From the NCBI GenBank assembly GCA_040954595.2, contig CM082594.2, forward strand, positions 9,304,296 through 9,368,295: DNA of 64,000 nucleotides. The letters run 5' to 3'. Made by a program: the position numbers and the translations under genes. This document shows positions 52,317 to 64,000 of the stretch, piece after piece (the first letter of the stretch is position 1; each line of letters begins with the position of its first letter). The notes beneath the pieces are model-generated. The model did not search any database. It was not told where the DNA came from and worked only from the letters and a program-made list of their open reading frames with translations. The DNA is from Balanoglossus misakiensis (lineage: Eukaryota > Animalia > Hemichordata).

Positions 52317-53209
52317 GTCTGCTGTATATTGGAATCGTTTGTTCGTCACTTCCTTACTCCACAGACCTGCATGGGTTAGGGACGAACGCTGATATTCTTC
52401 GGGGTGTTCGAGATTGACTATGAACATTTTATTAACTTTTGATTTTCGTAGTAATTAAGGGAGTTTGAACCATCATAACATGACTCCCTTCGGATTAAGA
52501 GACAAATTGGGCCATTTTCAAGTGTTTATAGTCTACTCCAAAGCTTTTCCTGCTTAGTATTCCGACAGTTGCAGCATGGAGCAATATCGATCAGGCCACC
52601 TCATCAACACGTCTACAATTTCACCATGTCTGACACGTCTGCAAATTTCGCTGAGACTACTCTTAGACAAGCTCTACAGTCTAACAATGTCTCTCCTTTT
52701 TTATGAGTTCGCAGGGCCAAAGTTGCAAGGAGATTTCAAGAGGATCGTGTGTGGAGAGAGACCGTTGTGTAAAGGTGGTCTTGTAACGTTGCTTGAATGT
52801 TCGTTCGACCTCCTCGAACAGCTATCCAAGCAACGTTACTGTCTATGCATAAACTCACTGGATGACAGAGTCTCACGAGGATTATGATAAATATTGCGTT
52901 TATTTTGTCAGCTTTCATGCCAGTCCAATGGTTTTTAAATAGAAAAAAAAATTGTAAAACTGCTTGACTTCAACAAAAGATGATGACGACGACGACGATG
53001 AAGATTATCTTCACTGCAAGACTTGATGTATTTAAAACAATTATATCTAAATGGTATTGTCAATAAATAAAACCAACAACTAGGGTAGGTAAAGCTGGAA
53101 ACTATATAAGATAACTGCACCATAATTGTTTTATTATTATATTGCGATCTAAAAAACGCGAAATCTCGAAAGAGTAAAATATTTTATTGGCATAATTACA
53201 CACGATCCG

Positions 53210-54856
53210 CTACATGATAAAACCAGTGTTTCTAACATCTTTGGAAACATTTGCAGTGGTTGCTACAGGGTCCCGCTTGTCGCCTCTCTTGTAGTTACCA
53301 TGGTTTCCGTTCCGTTTCAATTTGTCATTTAAACTTGCCCCGCTCAAATCGTCTAGGCCATTCTCCATAGATGCTTGCCATGCCAGCGTGACAGACGATC
53401 GTATCGCTTGATTCCGCGGCATGTCTGCAGCTCGGCTTGATCCGCGTTCTCTCGCAGGTTCGGGCGAGACGTCCAGTGGCTTCACTTCAAGTAAACTTCC
53501 GACCGGACCGGCGTCGCTCTGACCTGTGCCGGAATTGGATGCTTTGTCGCCGGCGACAGATTTATCGCTAACCGACGGCAAAGATCCGTGTGTTTTCGAA
53601 TAGTTAAACACCATTGCACGGTGTTCGAGCTCCATTGAAAGGACGGTGCTTGATTGATGATCGCCGCCAACAACCGATATGTGTCGTCTTGACTTTGGAG
53701 ACGTAACTTTTCGACAGCACAAAACTTCGCAAAACACATTGCGATATGTTTCGTTGATTAAACCATAGACAAGTGGATTACAGCAGGCCTGCAGGTATAA
53801 ACAGATTATTGAGAGTCTGTCACAAAATTCGTGGAAGGCCACCTTTGCCGTGGCCTCCACCACTAAAATCGTTGCCACTGGCATCCAAATGACTATGTAG
53901 ACAGCGAAAACAAGACCCAACATCCGGGTCAGTTTAGCCTGTTCTTGTCTCTCTTGCGGCGGCTGTAACAGCGTCGCGCGAGATGCTATCGACACGGCGG
54001 AAAATCTTCTCGCGAAGTCAGCGGCTGTCGGAATCCCAAGTCGAGGGTTCTCTCCGGCATCGACAACCCCCGGAAGGAAATCATGCTTCCCCGGACCCTC
54101 CCCGTGACGAGAATAATGAGGACTCCCAGTCCCCTCGGCAATCACCAACGCAGATGTCTGTATCAGGGCCTTGGCGGTGTTCTTGATTCTCATGGAATTC
54201 TGGCGAACAACGAGGAAAATGTTCCAATAGCAGTAGACCATTGAAATTAGGGGTATGAATGTTGAAACTGTGACGTAAAACAGGACATACGAAACCCCAA
54301 CTTGAGAATTCAAAAAACACATCGACTTTCCACGGTCAAAGGAATATTCACCCCAACCAATCAGAGGCGGTATCGCGGTTGCCATGGAAATCACCCACAG
54401 CAGAAAGAGCGATATTTTAGCTCGTTGTTTGGTGAATTTGGCCGCGTAAGTCTGAGCATGGACAATCATGTAGAATCGATTCAATGAAATCAAGAAGAGG
54501 GTCCATAACAGCGCGCATAGACACCAATGTACAGAGAAGGCCAACAGTTGGCACAGCGCATGACCGAATCTCCAGTCGTTGACGACAATCGCGGCCGTGA
54601 CGAACGGGGCAGTCACCGTGCACAGCAGAAGATCAGCTATTGTCAGATTGAACACCAGCAAGTTGGAAACTGTGCGCAGTTTGGGTTTCTTGATCAGGAT
54701 AATGAGCACCATACAGTTGGTCGCCGTGGAAACCGATACAATTAACCAGATGAGTAAGAGTTGAAGCCATGCGTGCGCGTCGATGGAGATCCTCAGATCT
54801 GCGGTGTCCCCTGTGTGATTGCCGATTATGCTGTTGCTAACATTAGTGTCATTCAT
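53210..54856 (-). CDS. class A (rhodopsin-like) orphan GPCR, GPR161-like, 548 aa, single coding exon
   Basis: Seven hydrophobic segments. N-terminal N-glycosylation sequons, TM2 NLTIADLL, ECL1 WRFGHALC, TM3 NRF in place of DRY, TM4 W..S....PPLIGW, ECL2 FDRGKSMC, TM6 IWMP, TM7 NPLVY, helix 8 followed by CC. An in-frame TAA two codons upstream fixes the ATG. Confidence 0.95.
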   Translation of the reverse strand: MNDTNVSNSIIGNHTGDTADLRISIDAHAWLQLLLIWLIVSVSTATNCMVLIILIKKPKLRTVSNLLVFNLTIADLLLCTVTAPFVTAAIVVNDWRFGHALCQLLAFSVHWCLCALLWTLFLISLNRFYMIVHAQTYAAKFTKQRAKISLFLLWVISMATAIPPLIGWGEYSFDRGKSMCFLNSQVGVSYVLFYVTVSTFIPLISMVYCYWNIFLVVRQNSMRIKNTAKALIQTSALVIAEGTGSPHYSRHGEGPGKHDFLPGVVDAGENPRLGIPTAADFARRFSAVSIASRATLLQPPQERQEQAKLTRMLGLVFAVYIVIWMPVATILVVEATAKVAFHEFCDRLSIICLYLQACCNPLVYGLINETYRNVFCEVLCCRKVTSPKSRRHISVVGGDHQSSTVLSMELEHRAMVFNYSKTHGSLPSVSDKSVAGDKASNSGTGQSDAGPVGSLLEVKPLDVSPEPARERGSSRAADMPRNQAIRSSVTLAWQASMENGLDDLSGASLNDKLKRNGNHGNYKRGDKRDPVATTANVSKDVRNTGFIM

Positions 54857-56261
54857 TATTTAGATGAGCGCTAAACCAGATCAAAGATGAATCGTGGCGA
54901 GGACTCGTCACCCACTGGGAGTACCACGACCTCTAATATTGGCTGGATCAAACTGCGCCCTTTGGTATTCCTGTGGAAGAAAGTTGGGTCGTTAGCGTTG
55001 GAAAATAATGACACCCTTACGGTTATGATTGTACGACTGGGCTAAGAGGAATCGATCAACGTGAGACACATATAATTAACGTGCTTTTGGAACAGAGTGA
55101 TTTTATGTGCCAAATTATCCGTTTCTTCGTAATGGCAAAATATATTTGATAGGCATTTCGCGGTTTTCCCCCCGGTCTCACTGACAAGTTTCATCAATTC
55201 CCAAGAACCATTCGGTGCTGCAAAATAGATTAAGGTAGTGTGCGCGGCCCTGGGGGACAGATTTTCAAAAAATGAGTGTCACCAAACCGTTCAATTCTTT
55301 GATATAAATAAAAGCTTTCGGCTCACACGTCATTTTTTTTCTTCTGAGAATACAATGGAGATAGCATGGGATCATGATATGCTTTGCTGCAGGGTGTGGC
55401 TTTCGCTATAATTCGATATAACACTAAATCTAGATATTAAACGGTTTCGATCACGTGACAAATTTCACTGATACGCATTATACTCGAATTATCTAATGCA
55501 GTTGGAATGTCACCGACAATAATAAGCTGACGGTATTCAATTTAACTCCTGGTAAAACATTCGCTAATAATGTTTTCTCTTGGGAAAGTAGTTCCCTTTG
55601 CACAGAATTCCGGTCGACTCGTCTGACATTGACGTGAAGTCCCTACGCGTACAAGTTCAAGGTTATCATGATAGTGACGTTCTAAATAATCAAGTTCCTT
55701 CCCAAGGAGTTTTCTATTAGTACGATCATAGACCGTAGAGATCAGGGTCTATCGACCAACGCAATCAAAGGGACGCGTCATTTTCTGGCGATATAGCGCA
55801 TTAAAGGCGAAAAACTTCTCGCTCGGCTGTACACGCCGCGATACCGTGAGTTGATTTTTGGAGGCCTTGGCGGTAAAAAGCCGATCATGATCGGAAATTT
55901 AGAATGATTCAGAATGGTGACGCTCAAAAAACGTTTGTAATAACCATAGCTGAAAATGGCCCATCGGCGAAGAAATATTGAATGTTCCCGCGATCTGACG
56001 TAAACAGCGATGGATAAGTAATACTCCCAACAGCTCAGGGATCGTTTCACTTTCACTCAGACGCCTCTTATTTTCCGCACGGCGAGGATCACGAATTTCT
56101 CGAAACATTGCAAGACGCGTGTACATTATCTGCTGCAACTTTGGTCCGAGGCTATCCCGTGTCATTTCCCGGGGTGGTGTACCACGCTCCCCGGTAACCT
56201 TTCCGATTAGCCAACGTCAGCGCTTCGCTCGTATTCCCATTTTTCATTAACACCCACTCAC

Positions 56262-56662
56262 CTTGTCTGAGCGTCTGGTCTCAAACGTAAAGAAGCAAGA
56301 TGCTTAACCACCTGCTTCATCGATAGACACAATTTCCTATATATATTCCCGATGTAACTAGACAAATCTGCAAATTCCCTACCCAGAAATTGATTGTATA
56401 AAACATTCAGTTTATCTCTCATTTTTTCATTCCATTTCTCGAAGTATTGCGCTGCCAGACAGGATCGTGAAATCACTATCTTCACCAGATAAATCGACAA
56501 ACTATTTACCTTGTCTAATGTTCCGTTCCATTCCGTAATACTTCTTTCATGATAATCGCTTCTATCCCGAATTTCCCGATAATATTCATTCCACTCTGCT
56601 ATTTCATCATAGGACTCGTTTCACCAGCGGTTCTGGGCGACGTAAGATGGTGTGAAAAAAAT
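56262..56662 (-). other. possible non-coding 5' UTR exon of the GPCR gene
   Basis: Consensus donor AAG|gtgagt at 56262/56261 and acceptor ttttattttgcag ending near 56663. A matching acceptor tcttccacag ends at 54971, upstream of the GPCR ATG. Splice signals only. Confidence 0.3.
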
Positions 56663-57302
56663 TCTGCAAAATAAAACCACCTGATGTTGTCATTATGGTA
56701 CAATAACATTGTTATTTTGTGACTCGCTGTCATAGGGGAATTCTGGGAATTAATCATCCTTTGGTAGTTTCAGCCCCATCCGGAAATTGGACATGAACCG
56801 CAGAAGAAAGAAGGTCAGATTTTAAGAAAATTAGCTTTTTTACTGAAAATACCTTAGCGATCACTGTCAGTTACTTAGGAAACAAAAGATAACGAGATGA
56901 CGAAAAAATGATATGATATTCTACTGGGCGCCTTATAATCAAATCACGCGTTGCCAACAACAACGCGCGTGCCACTGGTTCAAGATCACAGCCAGTCAGA
57001 AGTAACGGTAATATTTGCCGCATCTTTGCGCGAGGTGATGGTGTAAAATAAAACAAAGTGAACCCTATCCTTTTCCAACTGCATTTAAAGATTTAAAGAT
57101 CCGCCCTGGATATCTAGGTAAAAACTCGTCACGTGAGAATGTCACAGATACAACCGGAATCGTTTTCACGAACGTATCTCTTGACATTTCCGCTGACAGA
57201 CGAGCTGTTCCGGGGATTTCATATCACGATTTCCATAAATCGTTTCGTGTAAAGGGAAACAGAACGCGATAAAACAGTCAATATCAAACAAACAACAAAC
57301 AA

Positions 57303-57327
57303 ACACACACACACACACACACACACA
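57303..57327. repeat. (AC)n microsatellite
   Basis: Read directly. Confidence 0.85.
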
Positions 57328-60300
57328 AATACAGGCGAATCTACTGTGCGAAGAATCCATTTTCGTTTGTGTTCGTTTCAGTGGACTGTAAAAGAATTCC
57401 AATTTAACGTAATTTTGCAGTGTTTTCACGTTAGCAAGCATGACTGAGTTTATGTCGCTGTTCTAGTTTTTTCGATGTACATTAACTCTCAGTGCACATG
57501 CTACATCTCTAAAACTCTGTCCCACTACACCAAAACACTGCAATAAAATCAACTCATCAATTTTCAATTCCCACACACATGCTTCCTGGAATATTACAGT
57601 TATAAATCATTTATAAAACGTGTTTGCTTCAAGATAAGTTCGACATTACCAATCGACGTCTTCAACTTATCTTGGCTATTAAAGGCTCAAGTGATGTTCA
57701 TTTGGGCAAGAGCTTCGGCCTCCACCAAAATGGAACGGTGGGTCATTGACTCCATTTCGTTACAAAACAGAAACATGACGTAATTGCTGACATCTTGATA
57801 ATACTGATAGGGTTTGAATTGGTGAATATTGTCTGTTGAAAGAGCTGTGATGAAAGTGGCCCTACAGCTTTCAATTAATGGCCGATGACGACGTCACATC
57901 CGGTGTGTGATGACGCGTTTAAATTAATCCGCACAATAAAACAACACTAACAGATTGCTAATTCGTAGAAATTGGTATTTTTCACTGTACTAACTAGTTA
58001 CCTGCGCAATACACAAACCAATACGTTTGTCTGTAGACACGTGGTTGGATATAAAACAAATACCAGAATTGCACACGTTGTCCATTTTGTTCTGTTATTC
58101 CAATACTAATGTGTGGCAGTTGTGTTGACCTTTGTCGACAGAGATTACGTGACTAACATTTCAGAGAATTCCGTTTTTAACACGTGGTACTTTTTCCTTA
58201 ACATTGATTTACCATAATAGGCAATATACACATATTCACTCGCGTTCTCTCATGTCCCTTTAGATACGACAGCTTCAATTTCCTCGATGTAGTAGCTTTT
58301 GCCTCCATAAGGCTGAGAACCGCGGGGTACACACAGAGTAACAATCATCTTCCCATTTTCAATGAAAACATCACACAAACAGCTGCTTCAACGATTCTCT
58401 GTGCCTTCCTATGCCCTATCATATTACTCTCGGGGATTTGAATACAAGACTCGTCAACCACAAAACATTCTCTCTAGCTCTGGGTATAACACGCATGCAG
58501 AAAAATAGAACTTTCTCTCAACTATCTGCACAGTGAGTGTTGCAACACCGAGAATGAATACAATATTTACGTCTTGAGCCAAAACAGTGTCATATTGGTG
58601 TAGTCTTTTTGCCTTCACTCTTCCTGAAAGTCAAAAAAGACAATTTGTGCGAGGAAATGAGAAACGACAAACGATGCAATTGTGCGAGGCGAGGACTTAC
58701 CTCGACATAGTCTTGGAACCCTTTTATATTACAATGGTCTATGTACAATGTAATTCCATTTTCATACCGAATAAAGATACTGAAAACTCGTTGATATTCC
58801 TTCCGTCCAATCCGAAGTTTGACATTCCCTGTTCAAGGGGTAGTTGACCTCTGACCTTTCCCCATACGCAGGATAATGCGTAGATATAGGCCTATACGTG
58901 ATCAGTGACACGATCATACGTGTTAGAGGTTGCGATCTCTGAGCGTCACTCTCAATTCCGCGTCAACATAAACTGACAACTGTGTTTAAAAAACTCTCTC
59001 CAAGATCAGTCCTCATCGCCCACCTTTGTTATCATGACTAGTCCATTATTGCACAGTCCGTTCTACTTTACAGACCACACACTGGTGTTTTGAAACTAAC
59101 CGAACCACGTCATTACTGTCTCGCGATCGCCCCGAGCCGAGGAACCATGACGTCATAATCTTGTCTCCCAAACCGTCGGTGGAGCGTCACATTCAGTGAC
59201 GTTACCAACGCAACCTGCTCACTCCAAATACCCCCCCCCCCCGGGAGAAAATGGTCTGTGCTGAGACCCTAATGTGGCGTGTACCGTGACATTGATATCC
59301 CGTGTGTTCTTTCCCAGTACAAGGACATAGTGAATATTGGCAGTGACTTGCTGCCGAATGATTGGAAAAGGGGTCTGTGTGTCGCCATGCTAACAAGCTT
59401 TGTGCAAGCCGTGGATTTTAATATAAATAGGTTCATTAAGCAATTTGCGCATACGTGTTTAATTGGCATCAACACACTATTCCCCATCACAGGTGGCGGT
59501 TGTGGCTTTGGCATTGAACAAAGACGAGAAACGACAACTGGCGCGTTTTATTTTACAAATGTTCATTTGGATGGGGATAATGTATATCATGCATGTACAC
59601 GTGCTTTTGTCAACCGACCAATTAAATAAATAGCTTTAATATTTGAAAACACCGCTGTTACTGCTGGAATCTAAGGAGCTAATTCAAGCCTACGTTTTTC
59701 CGTCCACGCTTTTCGCTGGCCAGCTAATCGCTTCGTTTATAACGGCACACAAACGGCAATATTTTGTTTGGACTTTGGCAAATTCAATGCGAGTTGAATG
59801 ACGCTTTATTCATTATTTTCTCAAGTGGGATTTATACCAAACCTGATACAGCACGATTTCTTTGTGATACGTGAAATAAATGCATGGAATACACGAAATA
59901 TTTGAAATGGAAATACATTTGTAGTTCAAACAGATCAGCGGATATGTCTGTAATGCAAAATAGATGGAGAAATTGATCGGCTAGATTTCTTTTATGTTTC
60001 CTTATCGGGCTCCTTCTGTGCCACGTATGTTTTCTTTGTGAAGAAATCTGTTTGATATAATACACGTCGCTTTAATTCATAACTGGTCGCTCGCGTTTCG
60101 CTCCTTTCTGTCGATTATGTTTCTGTGTTGAGGGTTTTTGATATCAATGATGCATGACACTCTCCCGAACACGTGTCGAAGAAATGTGACGTCACGCAGA
60201 GAGGTCTTGTGCCACAATTTCAGGTTTTTGTTCCATTTGAAAAGAATTGTCGTAAATTTAAAATCCTTGGTTTTTGCGCAACAGCAATCATCCTGTTTGT

Positions 60301-63300
60301 ATGAAACCGTTGTATTTTATGATGGCTGCAGAGATGAGATCACCGAGACACGTTGCACACTGTTTACGAGAAACGTGAATCGTATTAAACCGGGCACGTG
60401 CGTCGAGCACAGTGGATTAATACTTCCAAAACAGCTTGATCCAATGAAATCTAATTGGTAAGGATTCAAATTCTAATTGGCAGTGTTTTATGCGCGCAAT
60501 AAAACAAGGAAATCCATTGCTATTGGACCGTGTCTGTAAGCTGTAAAGAGCAGCGAGGACCCGGTTACTATATCGCGGTTCTTCGAGCCGGGAAGACGCA
60601 AGAGACGAGTTAATATCTATAGAATATGGATATGAGAATTTTTTTAAATGTATATTGCGTTCCGAACCCTTGATCTGATGTGCATTCAAAACGCTAAACT
60701 CTTTCCCCCTGATATACACTTATTAGACAGTAACTACGCCCGCCAGCCATTTTAATTAAAATCACCTGTACAGATTCATGCGATTGGCAGGTTAGGGTCA
60801 CGTGATTACGTCATCAGCCATCTTTAATGCGCATACTGACGCAAGATCACACGTGTAAAATACAAGAGAAAAACGTGGTTTCAAAGATGGAGGAGATTGA
60901 ACCAAAATTTACATCATATTTTGATCAAGTTGGATAACCGGGCTTATCAACTATGAAACGAAGAACACTGAATTCCGCGACTTTATCGCTTGCTCATTTT
61001 AATGGGGGTCATTGTCTCATTTCCCGTTTCCAAGGGGCAGTGATGTCCATTTCATGGAACGCAAACACGAGCTGCTCGATATTAACACTCAGTGACTCGG
61101 TCACTGTGTGGGTGATTACTCTTGTCTGATCACACTGCCTGAACCCACAAGCCATGATATCAAGATTTCGAAATGCGCAGTTCCCACTGTTGAAATCATG
61201 GTGGCAAAACTAACGAACAGCAGACATATTCCACAACAAGACACGAAACGGGCAATATTCACCAAAGTACTCTGGACTTTTTGTAGTAAAAGGGCGCACG
61301 AACTCAAAAACTGAGACCTTTTCGGTCGTTGAATTGTAAAAAGAATGTAGAATCAGGAAATCAAGATAAATCACATGGAATTTTATTATTGCGGGTTACC
61401 CAGAACATCCGACCGGGAAATACGAGATGAAGCAATATTTCTCAAGCAATATTCCATACACTATTCAACATCGAAGAAATTGAAATGCAACTTCAATATA
61501 GGGTTTCAAATATAACGTACGTTTTAGAAATTCTATGGCAATGCCATGGAAACGTGCGATTGTGGCATAGTAAGACTTTTGAGATCATGTGACGAAAATC
61601 AAATAATCATGTAATAAAAGCACTTTACATCATTAAAAATTGATTGAAATTGTGATTACCAAAATTTGAAATGTCATGTATCCGTCCGTTAATATATTAT
61701 AGACAATCTTGAAAATATCAAGTCGTTTCAATGCGCGTTCTGATCATGCATTGGTAGAGCAATTAGATCGAAAAGTTTCGATTAAATTTCCAAATATGGT
61801 ACCTGCGTAATTGTTCGAAAATTATAAGAAATCTTTCCCAAGAAATTTCCCTATCTTGTTTCAGATGATCAAACGGACTTCGACTAGAGTTTGTAATGAG
61901 GTGGTTATGTTATACAAAGTACAATTGGAAGAAATTACTCACGACTCTGCTTTTAAATGAAAGATAAATTACTGATTATTCTTGGAAGCCATTTTGTAAT
62001 GGACCGGGTATAGTGCTAAACCAGAGCCTGTCTGCCTGTCTGTCATTTTCGGAATTATAATCATTCTTAAAACCCGATATGTTGTTTTTCTCTTCATTTC
62101 AACATGGTTTGCAAATCATGTATGTTCAAGATTTTTTTTAGATTTTTTCATGTACACGTATTCCACATTAATGATGTGCAAATTGATGAGTATGGGTACA
62201 GTGGTGGCTATGCGCACAACCAAGTATTTTTGATCTTAATTTCATGAATGCAAATCTGTTTACTTTAAAAAGCGGACAAGTCTGTTTGTTTAAATAAAAG
62301 GTATAGTTAGTAGGATATTAGCTGCTCGGGTCAACCGCCTATTTCATTTTCACAAACAATAGTCACAATGATTTCATACCTAAAATTGCAAGCGTTTCCC
62401 TAAAGCATGTAGAGCAAAATGACAGTTAATCAAAGAAAGACACTTTGTTTGGATTCAATCCTGCCGTCAAAGTGTGACAACGAACACAATGACCACATTT
62501 TCAACGCTTAATGGAATCAGACTGCGCATCCACTGACAAAGGTACAGTTTTACTAACCAGATTACACTAAATAAATGAGTTCACCGGAGACGGTTTGCAA
62601 GTTCAATTTGCATTACAAACACTACAATGTTCAGACGCATTACACCTTGTATCTTCATGTTGCTCTCTCTAATAATTTTACATACGTTTTACAAGGGAAA
62701 TCATTAAGGATATATGCGCACTATGAGAGCGTGGAATTTGTCTCGTCCCATAGGACTACATTGAGAATTGCTAGAAAACACGCTTATGCTATTGTCATTT
62801 CAATGATATTTTGCAGATATTTATCAGAGCCAAAATAAAATCGTGTGGTCACCACTTAATTTTGAGATAAATCGCTTTGATCAATTACTGCAGATCTCGA
62901 CTTTCAATCCAGTCGATGCAGACATTTGATTTTCAACAGTGATGCAGAAAAAAGGCCATCTGCAGCCATGTCCACCTGGTCTATCAATATTTACAATGTA
63001 GAGAAATCAAACGAAAATGTGACAAAGAAAGGCCCACATCCGAACATCAATCATAACCGGTTGCTGCTTTTCCCCGACAGGAAAATTTTGATTCGAACAG
63101 CGTCTTTGATCAATACAGGGATTGATTTCCCTGGTGATGAAAGCAAAGGCAAAACAAATTCTAACATATCTAACGTTTTAATTGGAAGCGACAGACACGC
63201 TCAGTAGCGCCCATTTGAGTGAATAAAAAAAAGATGAATGAAACGCAGTTGTCCATACAGTCCGAGTTGCGAGTGGTTTTTGCGGTGAGCAACACCTGTG

Positions 63301-64000
63301 CATATGTAAAGCAGCGCTTCCGAAAACCCTCCGCAATAAGCGAACGAATCAATCACGTTTAGCAACAGATAAAATCTAGAATTCAGAATCGCCGATAGGA
63401 TCCTGCAAACACACACACAACAAAGAAATTCTGCACGTCTTATCCTCCCACGCGCAATACTGCATAACGTCGCCATAACTACAAGTGTTTGACACAGCAG
63501 ATAATATTGACGAATGGTCACCGAAAAGAAATGTTGGTGAATTCCAGTTTAATGTATTCCATAAAGTTTGTATATCCAAAATAATTCTACTGGTCACTGA
63601 GTACGTGTGCCGAACTTTGGCAATAGAGGGCGTTCTTGGTGGAAAAATTGAGAGTCGAACAATATTTCAAGAAATGGCCAAATAAGATTAAAGTGTTTTT
63701 GGGGGCAATGAGAAATGCAAGAAGCAAAACCACCCTGGTAAGAGAAAGCACACAAATTGAGTAAATTATCCTGCGATACAAGCGTTTAATTTAATCACGA
63801 CTGCAAAATGCCACAGGAAATGGCTTGTGACAGACTGTGGCATTGCTCAAGAGAACCACGTTTGAATTCAGTGGTTGCCATGGTATCGCAACAGAATCAC
63901 GCGTCACCTTATAAATACACACAGTATTTTAATTTTGATATTACCGAAATTATTTGTCGCATACATTTTGAGATATTGCTTTAATAACTCATAAACAAAC

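Noticed and set aside
53210-54856. Opsin or biogenic amine receptor identity for the GPCR
   Set aside because: It lacks Lys7.43 and Asp3.32.
55229-55270. TTAA-GGTAGTGTGCGC possible Kolobok-type transposon end
   Set aside because: I found no matching opposite terminus in the window.
55778-63781. Numerous 60-116 aa ORFs upstream of the GPCR
   Set aside because: No domain motifs, many have non-ATG starts, and there is no consistent exon chain. Consistent with chance ORFs.

Overview
Eukaryotic (metazoan, AT-rich, probably marine invertebrate; the taxon is my inference) genomic window. Positions 1-16896 are a tandem satellite of about 194 copies of an 87-bp unit, layered into sequence variants and ending in a diverged edge. 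The long ORFs there are by-products of the repeat. The rest holds five genes, all on the minus strand. (1) NAXE/APOA1BP, NAD(P)HX epimerase: 4 coding exons, 325 aa, with a 26.4-kb first intron. (2) A single-coding-exon Tctex-1-domain dynein light chain. (3) tRNA-Leu(CAG). (4) MRPL45: 7 exons, 324 aa. (5) An intronless-CDS class A orphan GPCR resembling GPR161. The NAXE intron carries an intact Harbinger/Tourist-type MITE and a mini-palindrome insertion. It also carries the best novel candidate: a hidden, in-phase alternative first exon (30359-30504) that swaps the mitochondrial-type presequence for a charged N-terminus while re-supplying the first conserved strand of the YjeF_N domain. Also notable are a strong CTCF-type motif at the satellite/gene boundary, many RFX X-box-like motifs, and an apparent mosaic CpG pattern. 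All calls are by eye; no searches were run.
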